From assembly GCA_005791255.1 (NCBI GenBank), contig SXXK01000385.1:1-60256 (forward strand): a DNA stretch of 60,256 nt, read 5' to 3'. The notes under the pieces are model-generated. The model was not told where the DNA came from. It did no database searches and saw only the letters and a list, made by a program, of their open reading frames with translations. This document shows, piece by piece, positions 25,715 to 35,544 of this stretch. How positions within the stretch are numbered: the stretch's first letter is position 1; every line of letters starts with the position of its first letter. Made by a program: the position numbers and the translations under genes. This DNA is from Planctomyces sp. Its GTDB lineage: Bacteria; Planctomycetota; Planctomycetia; Planctomycetales; Planctomycetaceae.

Positions 25715-27058
25715 ATGACAATAACGGTAGATTCTCTGCGCCGGCGAAGCGTATTGCGAAGGAATCTGAAGGCCATCAATGCCGATGGCTTTTCCTTCAG
25801 TATCATGGTCGGGATTGCGGAAACTTACCTGCCTGCCTTCATGCTGGCTCGTGGTTTTGGTGAGCTGGCAGCGGCTCTGATTGCTGCGCTGCCGGTCCTG
25901 CTGGGCAGCCTGCTGCAACTGGCGGCCCCGTGGCTGCTGGCTCGGTTGGGCGCTTACCGTCGGTTTGTCGTTACTGTGGCGGCATTGCAGGCAACCAGTG
26001 TGCTCGTACTGACAGGTCTGGCGCTTGCCGAAAATGTGCGTCCGTGGATGGTGTTCGTACCGGCAACGCTGTACTGGGCGGCCGGACTGGCGGCCGGCCC
26101 GGCGTGGAATCTGTGGGTGGAGCAACTGGTTCCACCGCGGATTCGCGGTGGCTTTTTTGCCTGTCGCAGTCGTTTGTGTCATGCCGGTGTACTGATCGGC
26201 CTGATCAGCGGCGGTCTGCTGCTCAGATGGTCCGGCGAAGTCACTTTGCTGGCTTTCGCTGCGATGTTTGCTGTGGGAGCAGTGGGGCGGTTCGTCTCGG
26301 CCGCCATGCTGGCCAGGCAAACTGAAGTACTGCTCAGGCCTGAGATTTCCGCGGCTCAGGGAATTCCGGATCAGGATCTCTCAGCACGTGCCGGCCTGCT
26401 GCGGCTGCTGCAGCTTGTCAGACGACCGGGGGCTGACGGCAGGCTGGTGCTGTTCTTTGTCGCGGTTCAGACAGCCGTGTATGTCTCCGGCCCATACTTC
26501 AACCCCTTCATGCTGAAGGTGCTGAAGCTGTCGTGGGTGGATTATATGAGTCTGCTGTCGCTGGGCTTCATCGGAAAGATGCTGTCGCTGCCATGGGCTG
26601 GTCGCTTTGCCGGTCGTGCGGGCGCGGATCGACTGATGTGGGTGGGGACTCTGGGTATCGTTCCGGTCAGCATGCTGTGGTACTTCAGTCAGCAGTTCTG
26701 GTACCTCGCCTGCCTGCAGATCTTCAGCGGTCTGGTCTGGGGCTGTTACGAACTGGCGATGCTGCTGCAGTTCTTTCGCCAGATCCCGGCACAGCGACGG
26801 GTAGCTCTGCTGACTGCCTACAACGTAGGAAACTCAGCGGCCATGGTTCTGGGGACAATACTTGGAGCGTGCGTGCTGTACGGGATCGGTCGCACAACAG
26901 AAGGGTACCTTGCGGTGTTCGTGCTGTCCGGCTGCCTGCGTCTGGCTGCGACGCTGGCGATGCCCGGCCGTCGGACTGCGCTGCGGCAGACCTATTCTGC
27001 GGTGCGTTCACTGCAGCGACCTGCCGAAGATCGGTCTGTGCTGGAAAACGCGGCCTGA
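25715..27058 (+). CDS. MFS transporter
   Basis: ATG at 25715 (MTITVDSLRRR...). About 12 hydrophobic helices, with an MFS-style loop after TM2 and basic inter-helix loops. Confidence 0.85.
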   Translation: MTITVDSLRRRSVLRRNLKAINADGFSFSIMVGIAETYLPAFMLARGFGELAAALIAALPVLLGSLLQLAAPWLLARLGAYRRFVVTVAALQATSVLVLTGLALAENVRPWMVFVPATLYWAAGLAAGPAWNLWVEQLVPPRIRGGFFACRSRLCHAGVLIGLISGGLLLRWSGEVTLLAFAAMFAVGAVGRFVSAAMLARQTEVLLRPEISAAQGIPDQDLSARAGLLRLLQLVRRPGADGRLVLFFVAVQTAVYVSGPYFNPFMLKVLKLSWVDYMSLLSLGFIGKMLSLPWAGRFAGRAGADRLMWVGTLGIVPVSMLWYFSQQFWYLACLQIFSGLVWGCYELAMLLQFFRQIPAQRRVALLTAYNVGNSAAMVLGTILGACVLYGIGRTTEGYLAVFVLSGCLRLAATLAMPGRRTALRQTYSAVRSLQRPAEDRSVLENAA

Positions 27059-27060
27059 AT

Positions 27061-27079
27061 CCGCAGAGTTTGTCTGCGG
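27061..27079. terminator. Hairpin between convergent genes (possible terminator, no U-run)
   Basis: ccgcaga gtttg tctgcgg, a 7-bp stem, between the MFS stop (27058) and the GNAT stop (27084). Confidence 0.35.
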
Positions 27080-27083
27080 CTGA

Positions 27084-28001
27084 TCACTCCCCCCACAGCT
27101 CCAGCGTCCGGTCACCGCGGCGAAAACCGCAGCGTGAGTACAGCTGCACGGCCGGTGCATTTTCCAGATCCACTTCAACCGTCAGCCTGACTGGTCTTCC
27201 GTGCGGTGTCAGAATCGCCGCGAATTTTTCAGCCTCCCTGACCAGCCTCGCTCCAATACCCATGCGACGAAACTCAGGTCGGACAGCCAGCCACAGCAAC
27301 TGCTGACACGCGTTGTCGGCGACGATTTGGGCAGCGGTATCGCCGGCCAGTACGCACAGGCCCGCGTACTGACCATCAGGGGCAGTGGCTGCCAGAATGG
27401 TGGCGGACGCCCGCTGCCAGTCCTGCCACTGCTGACGAAACACGGGCGGGGGCAGCCTCGTGAGGTCCGTGGAGTCGGCGGCAGCTGCGGTGATCAGGGA
27501 TTCCAGGGCCAACAGCCGATCCTGCGGGATTACCGGGGCCTCTGCCTGCAGCTGAAACACGTCCACATTTGCAGTGACGCAGGCATGTCGGATCTGACCC
27601 CGTTCAGCCTCCACCGTGTGCTGGAACTGGGCAATCGTCGCCAGTTGCTGCAGGCCGGCGGACGTCAGGCAGCTCCTGAGACGCTGGTCAATGTCCTCTG
27701 CCTTTGTCAGCAGCAGCATGCGACCCGCGCTGACCTGCAAAAGAGTCGCTCTGAGACTCTGCAGCAGAAAAGTGATCAGCAGTTCTGCCGGCTCTTCCAG
27801 TACCAGCGGAGGTGTCAGCCAGCAGCCGGATTCCGTGTGTGAGACGGCGGTTGTGCAGAGCACTTGAGTTTTGTTGCAGACTGCAGCAAACCATTGTCCC
27901 ACCGGGGGCGGTCCGGCGAGCAGCTCGGCAGGGAACTGTTGAGATTCCCTCGCCTCCGGCGCTCCCTGCAGAATCCAGTTCAGGGTCCACGAACTCTGCA
28001 C
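27084..28001 (-). CDS. GNAT-family N-acetyltransferase with an N-terminal domain of about 170 aa and unknown function
   Basis: C-terminal acetyl-CoA-binding block LLWLAVRPEFRRMGIGARLVREAE and NAPAVQLYSRCGF. The GTG start lies 2 nt after the upstream stop. Confidence 0.8.
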   Translation of the reverse strand: MQSSWTLNWILQGAPEARESQQFPAELLAGPPPVGQWFAAVCNKTQVLCTTAVSHTESGCWLTPPLVLEEPAELLITFLLQSLRATLLQVSAGRMLLLTKAEDIDQRLRSCLTSAGLQQLATIAQFQHTVEAERGQIRHACVTANVDVFQLQAEAPVIPQDRLLALESLITAAAADSTDLTRLPPPVFRQQWQDWQRASATILAATAPDGQYAGLCVLAGDTAAQIVADNACQQLLWLAVRPEFRRMGIGARLVREAEKFAAILTPHGRPVRLTVEVDLENAPAVQLYSRCGFRRGDRTLELWGE

Positions 28002-28003
28002 AG

Positions 28004-28525
28004 CTATCGCCCCAGTTCCCGCCGCAGCTGTTCCAGCTCGGATTCAACGGATGCGGCAGGGCCCGGTCGCCTGAAGGCCGCCGAAATCTGCTCGTCCACA
28101 CCCGTGGAGAACCGTTCGGTTTCGCGCTGAGCCTCGGCAAAACGAGCTTCGAGGGCCCGGCGAATTCGCTGCATGTTGTTCCAGTTGCCGGTCGCTGCCT
28201 CCAGCTCCGGTCGCAGTCCCGCAACCAGATCCTCCAGCTCGGACTTGCGCTGCAGTGCCAGTCGGGCGGCATCTTCGTTGCCGGCCCCAAGGTGTTCCCT
28301 GGCCTCGTCTCGCCATCGGCCCGCCTGAGTCTCGTGGCCGGCAATCTCCTGTTCCAGTCGGTCGCGGCTGACAGAGTACGTGTGGAGGTTGCGGTCACAG
28401 GCCTCCAGACCCTCCCGCATCTCAGACAGAATTTCGGACAGTGCCAGCCTGGGATCGGCAGCAGATGCCAGCAGATCACTGATGCGGCAGGTAATGATGT
28501 CGGTCAATCGGCTGAAGTAGGGCAT
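28004..28525 (-). CDS. Short PspA/IM30-family coiled-coil protein
   Basis: MPYFSRLTDIITCRISDLLASAADPRLALSEILSEMREGL matches the PspA N-terminus (M..FSR..DI....I..LL..AEDP.......EM). The rest is predicted coiled coil. Confidence 0.8.
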   Translation of the reverse strand: MPYFSRLTDIITCRISDLLASAADPRLALSEILSEMREGLEACDRNLHTYSVSRDRLEQEIAGHETQAGRWRDEAREHLGAGNEDAARLALQRKSELEDLVAGLRPELEAATGNWNNMQRIRRALEARFAEAQRETERFSTGVDEQISAAFRRPGPAASVESELEQLRRELGR

Positions 28526-28543
28526 AGTTTCACACCAGGCAAA

Positions 28544-29203
28544 TCAGTTATCAGAAACAGGATCGTGGTCAACGGAATCGTCATCGGCAGCATTGCCATA
28601 TCCGCGGCTGGCGAGCTGCTGTCGCAGTTTTTCCCGTGCCAGCCGCAATCGCCCCTTGACCGCCGGCAGCGTGCAGGCCATTGCGTCTGCGACCTCCGGC
28701 AGCGTCAGCGAGTCATAATAGTGGAGAGTAAACGACAGACGCTGTTCTTCAGGCAACAGTTGCAGCAGCTGATTCAAAACCTCGCGAAACTCGTGAGCTT
28801 CACTGGTGTCTGTTGGCGCCGGCAGGCTGTCCGGCAACTGCTGAATCAGATCCAGTTCGGATTCGGCCGGCACCGAGCCGCGCAATGCATGCAGCAGCAC
28901 ATCATGACGCAGACGACGGGAATGGTCGGTCAGCAGATTTCGAGCGATGCGGAACAGAAAACCCCGGAATAAGCCTCGCGGAAGATAGTCCCAGCTGTTC
29001 CGAAACAGACGCAGCATGGTCTCCTGAACCAGGTCTTCAGACGTCTCGGCGCAGCGAGTGTTGCGGAAGAAAAAATAAAACAGCGGACGCTGCCAGGCAG
29101 CAGCGATTTCTGCAAACGCCGACGAGTCCCCGGATTGCAGACGAATCATGCGAGAATCGTCTGCCGAGCATTGAGGGGAAATGGTCGTCAGGTCAGAGCC
29201 CAT
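28544..29203 (-). CDS. ECF sigma factor
   Basis: Internal ATG at 29203 (MGSDLTT...). Region 2 DLVQETMLRLFRN and FLFRIARN. Region 4 LTLPEVADAMACTLPAVKGRLRLAREKL. The upstream 62 codons of the track ORF have no support. Confidence 0.85.
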   Translation of the reverse strand: MGSDLTTISPQCSADDSRMIRLQSGDSSAFAEIAAAWQRPLFYFFFRNTRCAETSEDLVQETMLRLFRNSWDYLPRGLFRGFLFRIARNLLTDHSRRLRHDVLLHALRGSVPAESELDLIQQLPDSLPAPTDTSEAHEFREVLNQLLQLLPEEQRLSFTLHYYDSLTLPEVADAMACTLPAVKGRLRLAREKLRQQLASRGYGNAADDDSVDHDPVSDN

Positions 29204-29543
29204 AACAGTCGGATCAGTGTGCCGTGAAAAGGACGCAACGCTGCTGTCGCCAGCAGACAGTTTCTGAAAACCCGCATTGTAGCCGGAACATTCGTCAACT
29301 GCACATCCACTGACGTTCCGGGCTGTTTTATGTCTGGGGTACACAAAATTCGGGCGTTTTTCTTTTTTGGGATGCGTGAGTCCGCTCAACTGTTACAACC
29401 GGTTTTCGCATCGCCGGAATCTCCTGCGAATCCCTCAAATCTTCTGTCTGATGCTCATTTCAACCGTAGTATAGGAGTGCTGAAATCTTTTGATACAGAA
29501 CTCATTGGATCAAACTCAAGGTACTTCTGCTGGGTGAAAATTC

Positions 29544-30296
29544 ATGGCGGATCGCGTTGCCAAAGGGCTGAATGTGCTGGCGGACGGGTTGCGACATTAC
29601 GTCGTTGCTCGCGTGCCCGCACAGGTGCTCAGCAACTCCGCCGCCATCCAGGGCAACGTGCAGGACTGGGATGCTTTGGCCCTGCTGGTCTTCATGTGGG
29701 ATCACTGGAACGATTTGTTTCGTCATGATCTGTCCTTCGTTGAACGCAGCCTGATCAGTGAACTGCGTGAATACCGCAATCGCTGGGCTCATCAGCAGAA
29801 ATTCTCTGAAGGTGAGATCTATCGGATCATGGACAACATCGAACGCCTGCTGACAGCGCTGGAAAGTGGCCAGGTGGCTGCGATTCGCCGGCTTCGACTT
29901 GAATCGCTCAGACTGCTTTTCAATCAGGAAATCGGCGGTCGGGATTCCGGCGGTTTTCTGTATAAAGCGTGGCCGTGGGTGATGTGCGGCGCCAGTGCCC
30001 TGGCGATGGATTCCGCCATTCTGGCTTTTGGCCGGTTCCCGTGGTCGTGGATCATGGCGTTTCTGGTATTCATTGCCATGATGCGAGTAGCGTGGTGGCA
30101 GACGATTCGCGAAACTCTGCATCGCCGTGGTCCTCACGAGTGTGGTATCTGCGGCTGTATTATCTACACAGAGCGCTGCCCGTATTGCCAGCCGGCTACT
30201 GCTGAGTCTGCGGCTGGGGCAGTTCCGCCGCGACGTGCCAGCGGTTCTCGCTGGGGGACTGCTCCGGAAAAAACAACGGTCCCTGGGCGCTCCTGA
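29544..30296 (+). CDS. Swt1-like HEPN domain protein with two TM helices and C-terminal zinc ribbon
   Basis: WDALALLVFMWDHWNDLF...ELREYRNRWAHQQKFSEGEIYRIMDNIERLL contains the Rx4H motif (R78-H83, nt 29775-29792). Hydrophobic segments at about aa 139-161 and 165-187. Cys cluster ECGICGC...CPYC. Confidence 0.75.
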   Translation: MADRVAKGLNVLADGLRHYVVARVPAQVLSNSAAIQGNVQDWDALALLVFMWDHWNDLFRHDLSFVERSLISELREYRNRWAHQQKFSEGEIYRIMDNIERLLTALESGQVAAIRRLRLESLRLLFNQEIGGRDSGGFLYKAWPWVMCGASALAMDSAILAFGRFPWSWIMAFLVFIAMMRVAWWQTIRETLHRRGPHECGICGCIIYTERCPYCQPATAESAAGAVPPRRASGSRWGTAPEKTTVPGRS

Positions 30297-30397
30297 GACT
30301 GGACGGAAGGCTCGGTCGCACGTAGAAGTGACGACTGTGACCCCGGTCAGATCCTGTACTGCTGCGGCCCCGCAAAGCTTCGCCTCCGAGAATTCCG

Positions 30398-31354
30398 ATG
30401 TCTTTTCCCCCCGGTCTGCTCAGGCAGTGTCTGATCCTTGCCGGTCCGACTGCTTCCGGAAAATCGGCTGCTGCACTGCTGCTGGCTGAACGCATCGGAG
30501 CTGAAATTGTTTCGCTGGATTCCATGACCGTTTACAAAGGCATGGATATTGGCACGGCCAAGCCCAGTCACGCTGAGCGTCAGCGTGTCGCGCATCATTT
30601 GCTGGATATTGCCGACCCGTGGGAAGAGTTTTCGGTGGCGGAATACCTGCGTCTGGTGCAGCAGGCTGCAGACCGCATTCTGATTACGGGGCGTGTTCCG
30701 CTGTTTGTCGGCGGGACAGGTCTGTATCTGAGGGCGTTGCTGCGCGGCTTTTCGGCCGGTCCGCAGGCAGACTGGCAACTGCGGCAGCAGTGGCAGCAGG
30801 CAGCGGAGCAGAACGGGCCCCGGTGGCTGCATGCGGAGCTGCAACGACGGGATCCTGCGGCGGCCGCGAAACTGCATCCCAACGACATGCGGCGACTGAT
30901 TCGCGCAATCGAGGTCTTTGAAATCACCGGACGCCCAATTTCGGAAGACCACCATCAGCAGCCTTTGCCACCGGAACAGCAGCCGCGACTGGCTGTATGG
31001 CTGCAGCCGGATCGTGACTGGCTGTATCACAGAATTGATCAGCGTGTTCAGCAGATGCTGGCAGACGGCTGGCTGCAGGAAGCTGGCAGGCTGCTGGAGC
31101 TGTCTCAGCCCCCGGGACGCACAGCCTCCCAGGCACTCGGATATCGCGAACTGTTTCAGTATCTGCAGGATGGTGGTGATCTGCAGGCTGTGACTGCCGG
31201 CATCTGCACGGCTACTCGCCAGTTTGCCAAACGACAGCACACGTGGTTTCGCAGTCTGACAGAATGTCGGCCACTGCCGGTCGGGCCGGGCAGTTCTGCC
31301 GAAATCATCGCTCAGCAGTTGCAGGATCTGCTCGCCAGCCGCCCTGGCGAATAA
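30398..31354 (+). CDS. miaA: tRNA dimethylallyltransferase
   Basis: P-loop [44 protein letters not shown]. Confidence 0.95.
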   Translation: MSFPPGLLRQCLILAGPTASGKSAAALLLAERIGAEIVSLDSMTVYKGMDIGTAKPSHAERQRVAHHLLDIADPWEEFSVAEYLRLVQQAADRILITGRVPLFVGGTGLYLRALLRGFSAGPQADWQLRQQWQQAAEQNGPRWLHAELQRRDPAAAAKLHPNDMRRLIRAIEVFEITGRPISEDHHQQPLPPEQQPRLAVWLQPDRDWLYHRIDQRVQQMLADGWLQEAGRLLELSQPPGRTASQALGYRELFQYLQDGGDLQAVTAGICTATRQFAKRQHTWFRSLTECRPLPVGPGSSAEIIAQQLQDLLASRPGE

Positions 31355-31520
31355 CAGCGAGGCTTCTCAGGGTCGGAAAATGCTGCCTGCTGCCGTCGGG
31401 CGCTCGGCACCGGACCTGTCAGGCATTGTCCCCGGCGCAGTGGCATCCGCGACGTCCCATTTTTTCCATCACGACCGTAGCTGTTTGTTCGCTGCCACAT
31501 TCAAGGCTAGCATACGCGGC

Positions 31521-32519
31521 ATGGCAGCCATCGAAGTCAGGAATCTGTGCAGACAGTACCGAGTCTATCGCAAACGCGAAGGCCTGCTGGCCTCCGTGCG
31601 CGGTCTGTTCCACCGCGAATATGAAACGGTTCTGGCGGTTCAGGATGTCAGTTTTCGCATCGAGGAAGGTGAAATGGTGGCTTTTCTGGGGCCCAACGGC
31701 GCCGGAAAAACAACCACCCTGAAATTGCTCTCCGGCCTTGTCGTGCCAAGTTCGGGGACTGCCACCGTGCTGGGGTATGTGCCGTGGCTCCGGGAAGATC
31801 CCTATCGGCGCCGATTTTCGCTGGTCACCGGACAGAAGGAACAGTTGTGGTGGGATCTGCCTGCCCAGGAATCCTTTGCTCTGCACCGTGAGATCTATCG
31901 CATCAGCGAAACAGATTACCGTCGTCGTCTGGACGAACTGACGGAGATGCTGGAAGTTCGTCGCCTGATGGCTCGCCCCGTCCGCGAACTGTCGCTCGGG
32001 GAACGCATGCGGATGGAGCTGATCGCTGCACTGCTGCATCGGCCGGACGTGCTGTTTCTGGATGAGCCCACAATCGGGCTGGATGTGGTCAGTCAGCGGC
32101 GAGTACAGGAGTTTCTGCGCAGGTATCAGCGCGAACAGCAGATCACTGTGCTGCTGACCAGCCATTACATGAAGGACGTGGAAGCTCTGTGCAGCAGAGC
32201 CATTGTGATCAATCAGGGACGACTGATTCATGACGGACCGCTGGCGGCAATCATCGATCGATTCAGTCGCCATAAAATCATTGAGCTGCAGTTCGCTGCC
32301 AATCAGGTCCCCCAGCAACTGGAACGGTACGGAACCCTGCTGGAAAGTCGCGGACCGCGAGTTCGACTGCAGGTCGAGAGACATCGCGTTTCGGAAAGTC
32401 TGGCTGCGATTCTTGCCCAGTCTGAAGTCGAAGATCTCAGCGTGCTGGAGCGACCGCTGGAAGATGTGATTGCCGAGCTGTTTTCCACCGACAGCGGTCA
32501 TGCCGGAGCCGGCGCATGA
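31521..32519 (+). CDS. ABC transporter ATP-binding protein (ABC-2 exporter-type)
   Basis: ATG at 31521 (MAAIEVRNL...). Walker [10 protein letters not shown], signature LSLGERMR, Walker B VLFLDEPT. Confidence 0.9.
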   Translation: MAAIEVRNLCRQYRVYRKREGLLASVRGLFHREYETVLAVQDVSFRIEEGEMVAFLGPNGAGKTTTLKLLSGLVVPSSGTATVLGYVPWLREDPYRRRFSLVTGQKEQLWWDLPAQESFALHREIYRISETDYRRRLDELTEMLEVRRLMARPVRELSLGERMRMELIAALLHRPDVLFLDEPTIGLDVVSQRRVQEFLRRYQREQQITVLLTSHYMKDVEALCSRAIVINQGRLIHDGPLAAIIDRFSRHKIIELQFAANQVPQQLERYGTLLESRGPRVRLQVERHRVSESLAAILAQSEVEDLSVLERPLEDVIAELFSTDSGHAGAGA

Positions 32520-33358
32520 ACAGGCCTGTCAGGTCAGGCTGGAGTCCGGCTGCAGCCTTGCGGCTGAAGTGGCTGGTGCTGCGTACCGCCATCGAAGAAC
32601 GTCTCGTCTATCGCGGCGACTTTGCCTTCTCTACGCTGGTTCGATTTTTGCCCATCGTGACTCAGATTTTCCTCTGGAATGCCATCTATCAGAATGATCC
32701 CCAGCGGTCGCTGCGAGGCTATAAATTCGGTGATATGGTCTCCTACTACCTGCTGGTCATGCTGGCCCGCGCCTTTTCCAGCATGCCCGGGCTGTCCACG
32801 GGAATTGCCGGATCAATAGCCGATGGGTCCGTTCGCAAGTACCTGATTCAGCCGGTCGATATGCTGGATCATCTGTTCTGGCACCGGGTGGCTCACAAGC
32901 TGGTATACTATGCTGTGGCCTGCGGGCCGTTCGCATTGGTCTTCTGGCTGTGTCGTGAATGGCTGCCCGGCTGGCCTGCCTGGCCCGTAATGGCCGCCTT
33001 CATCGCTTCCCTGCTGATGGGATTCGCCATTGGTTTTCTGATTGAAGCGTGGATCGGGCTGGTGGCCTTCTGGTTTCTGGAAGTCAGTTCACTGATCTTC
33101 ATCTACATGATGCTCAGCTACTTCCTGTCCGGTCATATGATTCCCCTCGAGTATCTCAGCAGCTGGCTGCCATTTGTGGAGGTTTTGCCGTTCAGATTTC
33201 TGGCATACACCCCGGCAGCGATCCTGCTGGGACGCATACCCGCAAGCCAGCTGTCCGGCGAACTGCTGCTGCAACTGGGCTGGATTGTCTTTCTGCTGGC
33301 GCTGAATCGCCTGACATTTCGTCTGGGAGTTCGGAGATACAGTTCGTGGGGTGGTTAG
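32516..33358 (+). CDS. ABC-2 family transporter permease
   Basis: ATGA start/stop overlap with the upstream ATPase gene. Six hydrophobic segments. Confidence 0.8.
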   Translation: MNRPVRSGWSPAAALRLKWLVLRTAIEERLVYRGDFAFSTLVRFLPIVTQIFLWNAIYQNDPQRSLRGYKFGDMVSYYLLVMLARAFSSMPGLSTGIAGSIADGSVRKYLIQPVDMLDHLFWHRVAHKLVYYAVACGPFALVFWLCREWLPGWPAWPVMAAFIASLLMGFAIGFLIEAWIGLVAFWFLEVSSLIFIYMMLSYFLSGHMIPLEYLSSWLPFVEVLPFRFLAYTPAAILLGRIPASQLSGELLLQLGWIVFLLALNRLTFRLGVRRYSSWGG

Positions 33359-33404
33359 TCAGAGGTCTGACGTCGCATATGCTTTCGATGCGATTCTGCT
33401 GGCG

Positions 33405-34358
33405 TTACGGTACTGACTGTTGAAACACAATCCTGAGCGGTTCTGCGGTCGGGGACACACGCAGCATCTGCACCGACAATCGGCCTGCCAGTCCTGTAGT
33501 GGAATCGAACCACTGTTCAGCAAGGTTCCTGCAGTTCTGATCCATGTCGATGTCGGCTGCCCGCGAGCAGTGCCGGGACACCACCAGCATGGCCATATCG
33601 ATTTCAGCATGGTACGTCAGTTGAAAATCGCCCTGACTGTCGGCCATGCAGAGATTCGCCTGCAGTTCGTGCAGGGCTGCCGCCGTCGCCAGCCATGCGG
33701 GATCTGTCGAACCGGAATGCAGGGCGCTGCCCGGGAATCTGAGCGGAGTGGGATTCTTCAGTGGCAGCAGAAATACCAGTGCTCCCGCATCAGGCTGTTC
33801 CTGTCCGGCGCGAAGATAGCGGACTTGTCCGCTGATGACCTGCGGCGCATCTCCGGGCTGCCTCGCGGCTTGTTCGTCAGCGGCGTCAGCCAGCGGTTTT
33901 GGCAGCTCCGCAGCGACGGTTTGAGAGCCTGCTGCGGTGGCGGGCTGCGCCTGCTGACCAGGCGCTGCCGAAAATGGGATCAGTCGCCCCGTCAGAAAAC
34001 CACTGATGAAGACCACCAGTGACAGGCACGCCAGCAGCATTGGGCCGTGCTTTCCATACCCGACGCGGTGATTGCGCAGGCCGTCGATCAGTACCACCGG
34101 GACTGCTGCCGGATCGGTTTGTGCAGAGTCAGACGTTGGCTGGTGACCGGTCGCCTGTGTGGTATTCAGATCTGACAGTGCCGACAGCGCCTGTTGCAGC
34201 CGGAGGTCCGGGACCGGATTGCCTTCGGCTGGACGCAGCGAGCGGCCCGGGACCTTCTGAGTTCTGCCGCAGCGAGGGCAGTCAACGGCCAGACCGGCTT
34301 GTGAGTCGGCAATTCCCAGCAGGCTTTTGCAGTAGTTGCAGCGGAATTGAATGGCCAT
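33405..34358 (-). CDS. Zinc-ribbon membrane protein, unknown function
   Basis: N-terminus FRCNYCKSLL...CPRCG (CxxC...CxxC), one TM segment (LLACLSLVVFISGFLTG), and a beta-rich C-terminal domain. Confidence 0.65.
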   Translation of the reverse strand: MAIQFRCNYCKSLLGIADSQAGLAVDCPRCGRTQKVPGRSLRPAEGNPVPDLRLQQALSALSDLNTTQATGHQPTSDSAQTDPAAVPVVLIDGLRNHRVGYGKHGPMLLACLSLVVFISGFLTGRLIPFSAAPGQQAQPATAAGSQTVAAELPKPLADAADEQAARQPGDAPQVISGQVRYLRAGQEQPDAGALVFLLPLKNPTPLRFPGSALHSGSTDPAWLATAAALHELQANLCMADSQGDFQLTYHAEIDMAMLVVSRHCSRAADIDMDQNCRNLAEQWFDSTTGLAGRLSVQMLRVSPTAEPLRIVFQQSVP

Positions 34359-34422
34359 GCTTACGTTCCCCGGTGCAGATCGTCACGTCACAGAGTATAA
34401 CAATTACTCTGCGAATAACCCA

Positions 34423-35544
34423 ATGCATCACGGTCATCACTCCCGAGTGGCGGCGGTGATTGTCAGAATCGTCTGCGCAGTCGGGCCGGACTGCAGGAGT
34501 TTCACGGTGCACTCTGAACTGCTCGATCTGCAGGTCTTTGATCGATTTGGTCTCCAGCCTCGACGGTCCACGCCCGTACCCGGTGGCCTGAGTGAAGCGT
34601 ATGTCTGGCATGTGGCTGATGTTTCGGGCAGGGACTTCGCACTGAAGGCGTGGCGTCCGGTTTCGTCGGCCCAGCTGCAGCATCGCCGTACGGTACGCCG
34701 GTGGATGCGCGACGCGTCCGGCTGTGGCCTCAACTTTGTACCGCGTCCATTGCAGGCCGGCGGGTCTGATCTGTCGGGTGAATCACTGATTCTGCAGCCG
34801 GGGCATTATGCCTGGCAGTCTGAAACATGGTGCGCTGGCGCATCTTTAACCGGCCAGCCCTCTCCGATTCAGCGTGCGGCAGCGGCGACCGCGCTGCAAC
34901 AACTGCATGCGACCGGCCGGGAATTTGCCCTGCGTCACAGCAGCAGTGAACTGAAGCTGAATCAATCGCCGTCTCCGGCGATTCTGCGACGAGCAGTGCT
35001 GGTGGATGAGCTGCTGCAGGGGGATTTGCAGCGGTTGCTGGTGCTGGCCCGCAGCCTCGGTGAAGCTGGTACATCAGCCATCTGCTTTCTGCAGCTGCTT
35101 CAGAAATGGCTGCCGTGGCTGCAGCAGCGGCTGCAGCCATGGCGCTCCCGTTCCCTGAATCTGCAGCCGGTGCTGCGTGATGTGCGGACTGAGAATCTGC
35201 TGTTTCATCAGGGACAGATTTCTGGAATTATCGACTGGGATGCGGCAGATGTCGATCACCCATGTCTGGATGCTGCGCGGCTGCTGCGATCATGGTACTG
35301 GGACGACAATCAGGCCCTGACGGATGCTGCTGAACACTGGGCAACTCAGTGGCAGTTGTCCTCAGACTCGCGGCAGTTGCTTTCAGTATTCGATGCAGCG
35401 GCAGTGCTGCTGAATCCTGTCATCTGGCTCAGGCGACTGGCTGACGATCCCGCCGTGTTCAGCAGGCTTCCGGGTGCCTGGGATCGATTTGAGCATCTGG
35501 TGAAGTCAGCCGAGCTTTGGCAGTCAGTGTTCCCGCGACGCTGA
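34423..35544 (+). CDS. Aminoglycoside-phosphotransferase-fold (APH/choline-kinase-like) kinase
   Basis: Catalytic-loop-like block VLRDVRTENLLF and IIDWDAADVDHP. The start is uncertain (track start 34351, first ATG 34423). Confidence 0.7.
   Translation: MHHGHHSRVAAVIVRIVCAVGPDCRSFTVHSELLDLQVFDRFGLQPRRSTPVPGGLSEAYVWHVADVSGRDFALKAWRPVSSAQLQHRRTVRRWMRDASGCGLNFVPRPLQAGGSDLSGESLILQPGHYAWQSETWCAGASLTGQPSPIQRAAAATALQQLHATGREFALRHSSSELKLNQSPSPAILRRAVLVDELLQGDLQRLLVLARSLGEAGTSAICFLQLLQKWLPWLQQRLQPWRSRSLNLQPVLRDVRTENLLFHQGQISGIIDWDAADVDHPCLDAARLLRSWYWDDNQALTDAAEHWATQWQLSSDSRQLLSVFDAAAVLLNPVIWLRRLADDPAVFSRLPGAWDRFEHLVKSAELWQSVFPRR

Noticed and set aside
31419-32501. 360-aa minus-strand ORF
   Set aside because: It is antisense to the ABC ATPase gene, which has Walker A, signature and Walker B motifs all in the plus frame.
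33501-33512. GGAATCGAACCA, resembling the complement of a tRNA T-arm
   Set aside because: It lies inside the well-supported minus-strand zinc-ribbon gene. No acceptor or anticodon stems can be drawn around it. I found no tRNA in the window.
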